Source: Candidatus Parcubacteria bacterium (lineage in GTDB: Bacteria > Patescibacteriota > Minisyncoccia > Phycocordibacterales > UBA2100). Taken from it: a DNA stretch of 57,289 bases. Made by a program: the position numbers and the translations under genes. Positions 1 through 10,584 of this stretch are shown one piece after another; positions within the stretch are counted from its first letter, which is position 1; each line of letters begins with the position of its first letter. The stretch is taken from the NCBI GenBank assembly GCA_003599175.1, contig QZIY01000013.1, positions 1 to 57,289 of the forward strand, written 5' to 3'. The notes beneath the pieces were generated by a model. The model saw nothing but the letters and a program-made list of their open reading frames with translations, had not been told where the DNA came from and did no database searches.

Positions 1-140
1 AATGATGTTCTTGGTACCCATATTCATACGTGGGCACGGTATCAGCAATTATGAGCTCCCCGAGAGGGTCATGGTTGCATTATTTGTGAGCTACAGCGCT
101 TGCTTGACCGGAAATACTGCGCAGGTTAGAGTGTTGTCTC

Positions 141-296
141 ATGTCGCAGGATCAACTCATAATGCTCAAACACGCAGCCACGGGCGAAGTGTATTGGACA
201 CGCAAGAACAAGAAGCTCGTGACCCGCAAAATCGAGCTCAAAAAGTACAGCAAAAAACTTCGCAAGCATGTTGTCTTCAAGGAAGCGAAAAAGTAG
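141..296 (+). CDS. rpmG: 50S ribosomal protein bL33 (51 aa, below the ORF-track cutoff)
   Basis: Manual translation MSQDQLIMLKHAATGEVYWTRKNKKLVTRKIELKKYSKKLRKHVVFKEAKK*. The Y-x-T-x-KN ... ELKKY..RKH..FKE pattern is the bL33 signature. tRNA-Trp follows, a common rpmG neighbourhood. Confidence 0.85.
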   Translation: MSQDQLIMLKHAATGEVYWTRKNKKLVTRKIELKKYSKKLRKHVVFKEAKK

Positions 297-349
297 GTTA
301 CAGGTGATAGCTTTCAGCTTGCAGTAAAATACATTAGAATTCGCCACAA

Positions 350-1724
<1,375 letters not shown>

Positions 1725-1768
1725 ATTTCCGCTACACCAAATCGTAGCTATAGCTACACTTTGGTGTA

Positions 1769-2650
1769 TCAGAGCAAGGTGCGAATTTTCTTAAAAATGG
1801 CGGCGTTTGAATTTGGGAAGAACCACTCTATATCTTTATTGCGGCGCCAGTAGGTTTTCTGGCGTTTTGCATACTGCCAAATCGCGCTCTGTAATTCCGA
1901 TTCCATTTCCTCTTTTGAAATAATTCCTTTGAGATGTCGTGCGAGTGAACGATACTCAAGCCCGAGAGATTCCATGCGTTTGTAAGAAAGCCCCGCTTTC
2001 TTGAGACGCTTCGCCTCCGCAATCATTCCCGTCTTTATACGATCACGAAGTCGTACATCGATCCGCCTGCGCAATTCGTCCCGCTCCGGCGCAATCCCAA
2101 CCCATATCACGTCATACCCCCTAAGGTCGGACCTTAGGGGGTCGGACTTTGGAGACTGGGCGATCTCGAGCGCGCGGATAAGGCGGCGTTTGTTGTGCTG
2201 ATCGATCGACTGCGCTCGATTTTGATCACGACGTTTGAGTATTGTGAACAACTGTTCCGCGGTTTTTTTGTCGAGCTCCGCGCGAAGTTTTTTATTTGCG
2301 GGGACGTCCGAGAGGGTAATGCGGCCGACGAGTGCATCGATATAGAATCCGGTGCCACCACAGATGATCGGAAGTTTGCCGCGAGATGCTATGTCGTCGA
2401 TCGCTTTCCGTCCGCGCACGACAAAATCATGTGCGGTGAACGTCTTTTTTGGTGAGTAGACGTCGAGAAGGTGATGCGGTACGCCTTTCATCTCACGCTT
2501 GGTGATTTTGCCTGTGCCGATATCGAGTCCCTTGTAGACCTGCCTTGAATCGGCAGAAATGACCTCGCCGCTAAGCTTTTTGGCGAGTTCGACGGCGAGA
2601 GCGCTTTTGCCCGATGAGGTCGGGCCAACGATTACGATAATTTTCTGCAT
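1769..2650 (-). CDS. miaA: tRNA dimethylallyltransferase
   Basis: 293 aa. P-loop GPTSSGKSALAVELAK, then ISADSRQVYKGLDIGTGK, typical of MiaA. Confidence 0.95.
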   Translation of the reverse strand: MQKIIVIVGPTSSGKSALAVELAKKLSGEVISADSRQVYKGLDIGTGKITKREMKGVPHHLLDVYSPKKTFTAHDFVVRGRKAIDDIASRGKLPIICGGTGFYIDALVGRITLSDVPANKKLRAELDKKTAEQLFTILKRRDQNRAQSIDQHNKRRLIRALEIAQSPKSDPLRSDLRGYDVIWVGIAPERDELRRRIDVRLRDRIKTGMIAEAKRLKKAGLSYKRMESLGLEYRSLARHLKGIISKEEMESELQSAIWQYAKRQKTYWRRNKDIEWFFPNSNAAIFKKIRTLL

Positions 2651-2661
2651 AGGAGAGGAAG

Positions 2662-3246
2662 TCAGCGTTTGTGTAGACCTATCAATGCAATAAGTTTCTC
2701 GACTTCAAGTTTACGTGCAAAACGTACAGTATATTTGGGTCGCCGTAAATCCATCGTTTTTGACACCATTGGCCGAAGTCCTAAACACTTCGACATTTCA
2801 GCCACGTCTTCAATAAGTTCTTGGGTTTGATTCGTAAAATTGATCATACGATAACCTCGGTCTTCGTAAATACTCCCGTCAGTTTGTATAAGACCTCGGA
2901 GACATGCTGACATGTAAACGGTGTTGCATTTTATCCAATCTGGTACGCGGGCTTTTTGGGCATATTTAGTACCCAAGCCGACCTTCCACGGCATTAATTC
3001 ACTCAGCTTATTTGAGTATATTGATATATTATGGAAAGTGTTCTTTCCTGGAACTCTGACTATCGAAATGCGATTATTGGGCAAGATCATCTTCAGATTC
3101 TTCTGAATTTCCTCGGATACACCTGAATACTTTGTATCGCAGGTAATTCTTAATCGTATCGCTCGACTGACTTTTGATAAGTTACCGTCCCCCAATGCGA
3201 CGCCTACGATATACGCTAAAGCGACCTTTTCGGGGTCAGCATACAT
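2662..3246 (-). CDS. free-standing double-motif LAGLIDADG homing endonuclease (194 aa)
   Basis: Two LAGLIDADG motifs (YIVGVALGDGNLS and LRGLIQTDGSIY). Start moved to the Met at 3246 because the upstream part of the tracked ORF (to 3396) is the tRNA-Leu gene. Visibly AT-richer than neighbours. Confidence 0.8.
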   Translation of the reverse strand: MYADPEKVALAYIVGVALGDGNLSKVSRAIRLRITCDTKYSGVSEEIQKNLKMILPNNRISIVRVPGKNTFHNISIYSNKLSELMPWKVGLGTKYAQKARVPDWIKCNTVYMSACLRGLIQTDGSIYEDRGYRMINFTNQTQELIEDVAEMSKCLGLRPMVSKTMDLRRPKYTVRFARKLEVEKLIALIGLHKR

Positions 3247-3248
3247 AA

Positions 3249-3329
3249 TGCCGGAGGAGGGACTCGAACCCTCACGAGTTGCCTCAATCGATTTTGAGTC
3301 GATCGCGTATACCATTCCGCCACTCCGGC
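3249..3329 (-). tRNA. tRNA-Leu (anticodon CAA), class II with long variable arm
   Basis: 81-nt cloverleaf on the minus strand: acceptor GCCGGAG/CTCCGGC, anticodon stem ATCGA/TCGAT with loop CTCAAAA, variable arm GAG-GCAA-CTC, T arm GAGGG-TTCGAGT-CCCTC, discriminator A. Confidence 0.85.
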
Positions 3330-3379
3330 AATAATGGCTAGTGTACGAGTTTTGCGACGAAAAACAAATATATGCAACA

Positions 3380-3388
3380 TGGTATAAT
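3380..3388 (+). promoter_or_regulatory. extended -10 (TGGTATAAT) 6 nt upstream of the parB ATG
   Basis: CATGGTATAATCGCGGCATG. Spacing leaves no room for a leader or SD. Confidence 0.55.
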
Positions 3389-3394
3389 CGCGGC

Positions 3395-4405
3395 ATGCCA
3401 GCGAGCCCCTACAGACAAGACTCGATTTTTTGGGTGGAGGTGGAGCGGATAGAGCCCAATCCATACCAGCCGCGCAAGGTATTCGACGAGGCGGCACTCA
3501 ATTCACTCGCTGAATCCATTCGCCAATATGGCGTCTTGCAGCCCCTCACCGTTACCCGCAAAGAGATCGAGCGACCGGGAGAGGGGATTTCTGTGCACTA
3601 TGAACTGATCGCAGGAGAGCGACGCTTGCGTGCCGCCAAAATCGCGGGAATTGTGCAAGTGCCGGTTGTCATCCGAAGCGGCGAAGACGATGATCGATTG
3701 AAGCTCGAGCTTGCCATCATCGAGAATTTGCAGCGCGAGGATTTGAATGCGATCGATCGCGCACTCGCGTTTCAGCAGCTCGCCACGCAATTCGGTCTTA
3801 CGCACATGCAGATAGGGAAGCGCGTCGGCAAAAGCCGCGAATACGTATCCAACAGTTTGCGCATGCTCCTTTTGCCGCAGGAGATGCAGGAGGCCGTGCG
3901 CAGCGGGGAAATCAGCGAAGGTCACACACGCCCGCTCCTCATGCTCATGGACCGCCCGCAGGAGCAGAAGACGTTTTTCCAAGAACTTTTGCTTCGCAAG
4001 ATTACCGTGCGCGACGCCGAGCAGCTCGCGCGCCGCATCGCCACGGAAAAGACGCGCAAGCCCGATCTCACGCCGGAGCTCCTCCTCTTTGAGCGCGAGC
4101 TTACCGAGAAATTGGGTACACGCGTCCGTATCGAAAAGAAAGATCAAGGCGGAAAGGTGGTGATCGACTTTTTCTCAGTCGATGATTTGGCGCAGATTCG
4201 CACGCTGCTTTCGGAGGCGGGAATTAAGGCAGTGGCAGCGCCCGTGGTGAGGAAGCAGGAAGAGCCCGTTCTTTCTGAAGCGCCGGAAGCCGAACCGCAG
4301 CCAGAGAGAATACCTGAAGAGACCAAAAGGGACGAAAGGGTAGAAGGGGAGAAAAGGGATGAAAAGGAAGACGAGTTGTACTCGATCAGTAATTTCAGCG
4401 TGTAA
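3395..4405 (+). CDS. parB: ParB/Spo0J-family partition protein with acidic/Lys-rich C-terminal tail
   Basis: ParB boxes: EPNPYQPRKVFDEAALNSLAESIRQYGVLQPLTV and LIAGERRLRAAKIAG. Start set at the Met after the -10 box. No parA is adjacent. Confidence 0.9.
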   Translation: MPASPYRQDSIFWVEVERIEPNPYQPRKVFDEAALNSLAESIRQYGVLQPLTVTRKEIERPGEGISVHYELIAGERRLRAAKIAGIVQVPVVIRSGEDDDRLKLELAIIENLQREDLNAIDRALAFQQLATQFGLTHMQIGKRVGKSREYVSNSLRMLLLPQEMQEAVRSGEISEGHTRPLLMLMDRPQEQKTFFQELLLRKITVRDAEQLARRIATEKTRKPDLTPELLLFERELTEKLGTRVRIEKKDQGGKVVIDFFSVDDLAQIRTLLSEAGIKAVAAPVVRKQEEPVLSEAPEAEPQPERIPEETKRDERVEGEKRDEKEDELYSISNFSV

Positions 4406-4416
4406 AGTGTTATGCG

Positions 4417-4520
4417 TTATTCGGCAGCGCGGCGCGTATCGGTAGACGGCATCCGACGTGCGTCAACGTTTGCCGCGAGCCGTGAGTCGCTGACGCGCAG
4501 CGCTGCCGTATACCGTATTA
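4417..4520. repeat. structured intergenic element (SIE family, reverse orientation) between convergent parB and RSH
   Basis: Outer arms CGGCAGCGCGGCGCGT / ACGCGCAGCGCTGCCG. The reverse complement carries CGCGTCAGCGACTCACGGC, resembling the SIE core CGCGTCTGCGGGACTCGTGGC. Confidence 0.4.
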
Positions 4521-6059
4521 CGAATTTTTCTTCTCGCGCGCTGCAAGCGCCGCACGGATATGCTTTTTCGCCATGTTGGTCTTTGCGATGTCGTGCCACT
4601 TGCGCGACGGCTTGCCGAGCGGGCGATTGATGATTTCTACCACATCGCCGTTTCGAAGCTCAGTGTCGAGCGCGACCATCTTGCCGTTGACCTTGGCACC
4701 CGACATTGTGTTGCCGATATCTGAGTGCACTGCGTATGCAAAATCGATCGGTGTCGCCGAGACGGGCAAGTCGATGACATCGCCCTTGGGGGTGAAGACG
4801 AAAATGCGGTGACTGAAAAAGTCAGTCTTCAGCGTATCGAGGTATTCCTCCGATGCAGCGCTGCCGCCGTGCGCGTGTGAGAGCTCTTTGACCCACTGCG
4901 GGATCGTTTCCGCCGCATCGTCTTTTTCACGCAGCGTCGTCTCCGTACCTTTCCCTAGCGGGAAAAATTGCCGTACCCAATCGAGAGAGCCGCGGCGCGG
5001 CACATTGCCTTCCTGTGTTTCCTTGTATGCGAGGTGCGAGGCGATACCGAACTGCGCTTCTTGGTGTTGACCTTCCGTGCGAAGCTGGATTTCGAGCGCC
5101 CCTCCGTCGCCTGTGTAGACGGTCGTGTGAATTGATTGATAGCCGTTGGGCTTTGGGAAGGCAATATAATCCTTGATCTTGCCTGGTACCGGGCGCCAGT
5201 GGGCATGAATGATGCCGAGTGCGCTATAGCAATCCGCAACTGCGGGGAAAATGACGCGGAGCGCGATGATGTCGTAGATTTTGTTAATATCCCAATCTTT
5301 GCGCTCGAGTTTGCGGTATAAGCTGTAGAGTCCTTTCTTGCGTGCCTCCATGCTGAAATTGCGCAGACCCGCATCGGCAAACTCGCGCTTCAGTACTTTT
5401 TCGGTTTTCTCTAAGCGTTTTTCGTTCTCATGGCCGCGTTCTTTCAAAAGCTCGCGCGTCTTTTCATATTCTTCAGGGTAGCCGTAGGGGAATGCAGCGT
5501 CTTCCAATTCCTGCTTCAAAACGCTCATACCGAGTCGGTCCGCTATCGGCGCATAAATTTCGAGCGTTTCGAGCGCGATGCGTTGGCGTTTCTCGGGCTT
5601 GGGGACGTGTTTCAGGGTCTTCGCGTTGTGGAGACGATCCATCAATTTCACAATCAAGACACGGATATCCTTTGCGGTGGCGGCGAAGAGATTGCGGAGC
5701 GATTCGGTATGGCGTTCGAGCCCGCGATAGCGGAGCGCGCCGAGCTTTGTCACTCCTTCGACCAGATACAAGACTTCAGCACCGAAGTGTTCCTCAATCT
5801 CCTTGGCGCCGACTCCCGCGTCTTCGATGGTGTCGTGCAAGAGTCCCGCTGCTATTGTCTGTGCGTCGAGCCCTGCCTCGGCGAGGAAGAAGCCCACATT
5901 GGTCGTGTGCACGGTGTATGGGTCGCCCGAATAGCGCTTCTGATTTTTGTGTGCTTCGACTGAGAAATCATATGCTCGCGTCACCAGATCCACGTCACTC
6001 TCCGTCTTGTTCGGCATCGCGTCGATGATTGTTTTGAGTGGGATGGTTTGATTGAGCAT
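4518..6059 (-). CDS. RelA/SpoT homologue (HD hydrolase + synthetase + TGS), truncated after TGS
   Basis: 513 aa. HD motif LLHDTIEDAG, synthetase region YQSIHTTV, TGS region IFVFTPKGDVIDLP. Ends about 60 aa after TGS, so no ZFD/ACT regions. Confidence 0.9.
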   Translation of the reverse strand: MLNQTIPLKTIIDAMPNKTESDVDLVTRAYDFSVEAHKNQKRYSGDPYTVHTTNVGFFLAEAGLDAQTIAAGLLHDTIEDAGVGAKEIEEHFGAEVLYLVEGVTKLGALRYRGLERHTESLRNLFAATAKDIRVLIVKLMDRLHNAKTLKHVPKPEKRQRIALETLEIYAPIADRLGMSVLKQELEDAAFPYGYPEEYEKTRELLKERGHENEKRLEKTEKVLKREFADAGLRNFSMEARKKGLYSLYRKLERKDWDINKIYDIIALRVIFPAVADCYSALGIIHAHWRPVPGKIKDYIAFPKPNGYQSIHTTVYTGDGGALEIQLRTEGQHQEAQFGIASHLAYKETQEGNVPRRGSLDWVRQFFPLGKGTETTLREKDDAAETIPQWVKELSHAHGGSAASEEYLDTLKTDFFSHRIFVFTPKGDVIDLPVSATPIDFAYAVHSDIGNTMSGAKVNGKMVALDTELRNGDVVEIINRPLGKPSRKWHDIAKTNMAKKHIRAALAAREKKNS

Positions 6060-6254
6060 ACGTCTATATAAAGATAGTACTCTATATGTCTTTGGTCACA
6101 AGCTTCAAATATTCTATCGTTTTCGGTCACGAATAATTTCCTCGCCGTCGCTCGGAAATTTTCGCGACCCCGGCTCGCGGTTCCGCCTGCTGGCGGAACA
6201 TCGCTGCGCCTCACAAAGACCATGCGCAGGCAAAGCAGTTTGCCTGCTGCCGAG

Positions 6255-8465
6255 TTACTTTGCCGCTAATTTGTGCGGATTATGATTTGGACATTGCTTA
6301 TTGCTACAACGCTCGGGGATGGTCTTTGTGCCTTCCATCATGAGAGACCCACACATCGTACAAATCTTACCGGTCGGGCGAGCTTTGATGGTGTTTTTGC
6401 AGTCGGGATAGTTTGAGCACGCGAAGAATGGTCCGAAGCGACCACGCTTTTCTACCATTTCACCCTTGCCGCAGACGGGGCATTGCACGCCGGTCTTTGC
6501 GCGGGCTTCTTCCTCCGGATCTTTTTTCACAAACTTGCACTTGGGGTAGTTGGAGCAGGCGATAAAGCGGCCGAAGCGCCCTTCGCGCTCAATCTGTTTG
6601 CCGTCTTTGCACAGGGGGCACGCTTCGCCGATCTCTTTGGGCGGCGCGATTTCGCTACCGTCTTCTTTGCGAGCGCCGAGACAATTGGGGAACTTTTTGC
6701 ACGACATAAAGCGACCGTTCTTTGACAGCTTGTATTCCATCGGGCCCTTGCAGATGGGGCAGGGGAATTCTTCTGGGGCATCGCCCATTGAGGTGATTTT
6801 CGGGATTTTTTCTTTGCCCTTCACCGCTTTTTTAAACGGCGAGTAGAAATCTTTGAGTGTCTTTTCATATCCGCGCTTGCCCTCGGCGATTTCGTCGAGC
6901 TCGTCTTCCATCTCTGCGGTAAAGGTGTCGGAAATATAGTCACCAAAATTGTTTTCGATAAAGGTGGAGACAACATCGCCCGTTGCGGTCGGGATGAGCG
7001 TGCGACCCTGTTTTTCCACGTAGCCGCGCGTTTCGAGCGTCTGGATGATCGACGCATAAGTGGACGGGCGGCCGATACCACGCTTTTCAAGCTCCTTCAC
7101 GAGCCCTGCTTCCGAATAGCGCGGAGGCGGCTGAGTTTCTTTTTCCTCCGTATGTGCTTCAACGAGCGTAAGCGGATCCTGTGCGACTACCTTTGGCAAC
7201 TCAACATCTTCGCCGCGTGCGCCGGGATCGGCTTTGAGCCAGCCGTCGAAGACGACGCGCGAGCCATTGGCCGCAAAATCGGGAATATTTTTCGTGTCTT
7301 TAGGAAGCGCGGAGATCTTGGTACGCAAAATTTTTGCATCGGTCATCTGACTCGCCACGGCACGCGCACGAATGAGTTCGTACAATTTTTTCTGCTCGTC
7401 ATTATGACCAGCGCTACGTTTTTTGGAGTCGGTCGGGCGGATCGCCTCGTGCGCTTCTTGCGCGCTCTTGGATTTCGTCTTATATACGCGCGGTGAAAGA
7501 TACTGCTCGCCGTATTCGCTCTTTACGACACCGATGATATTGCCCTGCGCTTCTTTGGCGAGATTCGTGGAGTCGGTGCGCATGTAGGTGATGAATCCGC
7601 CTTCGTACAATTTTTGGGCGATGCGCATCGTGCGAGAAGGGGAGAAGCCGAGGCGTGTCGATGCGGCTTGCTGCAAAGTGGAAGTAGTGAAAGGCGCGCG
7701 GGGAGAGCGCGAGGCCTCTGTTTCATCGACGGAGATGACACTCCACTCCTTATTTTGCGCAGCTTCGTAAATGCGCTTCGCCTCTTTTTCATCGCGCGGC
7801 TCTTCAGCACAGATGACGGTAAATTGCTCGCCCCCGCCTCGCGTCGGCTCGCCGTCGCGAGTCGAGGCGGGCTTCTTCGTCTTTATATCCGCAGAAAGCA
7901 CCCAGAATTTTTCCGGGACGAATGCGCGGATCTCGCGCTCCTTTTCCATCAAGATGCGAAGAGCAGGGGATTGCACGCGGCCGGCGGAGAGGCCATAGCG
8001 TACTTTTTTCCAGATGAGGCCGGAGAGATCGTAGCCGAAAAGGCGATCGAGAACGCGGCGCGCTTCCTGTGCCTTTACCAATTCGTCATCAATCTTGCGT
8101 GGATTCGCGAGTGCTTCCTGTACCGCATGCTCGGTGATTTCATGGAAGACGATACGCTTGGGTTTTTTGAGTTTGATCGTTTCGGCCAAGTGCCACGCGA
8201 TCGCTTCGCCCTCGCGATCGGGGTCTGTCGCAAGGATCACTTCATCGGCCTTTTTAGCGTCGCGCTGGAGGCCGTCGATCACGTGCTGCTTGAGCGCAAC
8301 GATTTGATACTTGGGTTTGAAGCCATTTTCGATGTCTACCGCGTCTTTGTTGCTCTTGGGCAAATCACGAATATGCCCGACTGATGCGCGGACGGTGAAC
8401 CCCTTGCCGAGGTATTTTTCGATTGTTTTCGCCTTTGCCGGCGACTCTACGATCACTAATTTCAT
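6255..8465 (-). CDS. topA: DNA topoisomerase I with C-terminal Zn-ribbon repeats
   Basis: 736 aa. TOPRIM start MKLVIVESPAKAKTIEKYLG, ITYMRTDS active-site region, and four CxxC...C..C modules at the C-terminus. Confidence 0.97.
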   Translation of the reverse strand: MKLVIVESPAKAKTIEKYLGKGFTVRASVGHIRDLPKSNKDAVDIENGFKPKYQIVALKQHVIDGLQRDAKKADEVILATDPDREGEAIAWHLAETIKLKKPKRIVFHEITEHAVQEALANPRKIDDELVKAQEARRVLDRLFGYDLSGLIWKKVRYGLSAGRVQSPALRILMEKEREIRAFVPEKFWVLSADIKTKKPASTRDGEPTRGGGEQFTVICAEEPRDEKEAKRIYEAAQNKEWSVISVDETEASRSPRAPFTTSTLQQAASTRLGFSPSRTMRIAQKLYEGGFITYMRTDSTNLAKEAQGNIIGVVKSEYGEQYLSPRVYKTKSKSAQEAHEAIRPTDSKKRSAGHNDEQKKLYELIRARAVASQMTDAKILRTKISALPKDTKNIPDFAANGSRVVFDGWLKADPGARGEDVELPKVVAQDPLTLVEAHTEEKETQPPPRYSEAGLVKELEKRGIGRPSTYASIIQTLETRGYVEKQGRTLIPTATGDVVSTFIENNFGDYISDTFTAEMEDELDEIAEGKRGYEKTLKDFYSPFKKAVKGKEKIPKITSMGDAPEEFPCPICKGPMEYKLSKNGRFMSCKKFPNCLGARKEDGSEIAPPKEIGEACPLCKDGKQIEREGRFGRFIACSNYPKCKFVKKDPEEEARAKTGVQCPVCGKGEMVEKRGRFGPFFACSNYPDCKNTIKARPTGKICTMCGSLMMEGTKTIPERCSNKQCPNHNPHKLAAK

Positions 8466-8564
8466 ATACTATATATAGAAGAGGTTTACACACATTCGCG
8501 CTGAATGCAAAAAAAGTAACGAAACAACCCACGGAACGGATTGTTCCGTAGGCTGCAATCTTCA

Positions 8565-10321
<1,757 letters not shown>

Positions 10322-10567
10322 ATGAGTGCAAATACTTTCCATCTCGTCATTGCATCTGTCGGCGACACCAAATTCGACGCCGCAGCGGAAAGCGCGACGC
10401 TCCCGGGTGTCGACGGCATCATGACTATCCTTCCTCACCACGAACCATTCGTGACGATTCTCAAAAAGGGGAAGGTGAGCGTGAAAGCAAGCGGGGAACA
10501 CAAAGAATTTGATATCGAAGGCGGGGTGCTTGAGTGCAGTGGAAATCGCGCCGTTGTGCTTCTCTAG
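10322..10567 (+). CDS. atpC: F-type ATP synthase epsilon subunit, beta-sandwich domain only (81 aa)
   Basis: Matches the epsilon N-domain pattern (LPGVDGIMTILPHHEPFVTILKKGKV...GGVLEC...VVLL). No C-terminal helical hairpin. Confidence 0.85.
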   Translation: MSANTFHLVIASVGDTKFDAAAESATLPGVDGIMTILPHHEPFVTILKKGKVSVKASGEHKEFDIEGGVLECSGNRAVVLL

Positions 10568-10584
10568 TACGTTACAATAATCGC

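Noticed and set aside
2662-3396. Full-length 244-aa version of the LAGLIDADG ORF
   Set aside because: Its first ~50 codons are the reverse-strand reading of the tRNA-Leu gene. The LAGLIDADG core begins about 9 aa after the internal Met at 3246.
3503-4147. 214-aa minus-strand ORF
   Set aside because: It is antisense to parB, whose ParB boxes are clear.
7614-8384. 256-aa plus-strand ORF
   Set aside because: It is antisense to topA (TOPRIM and active-site region). It is an artefact of stop-codon-poor antisense frames.
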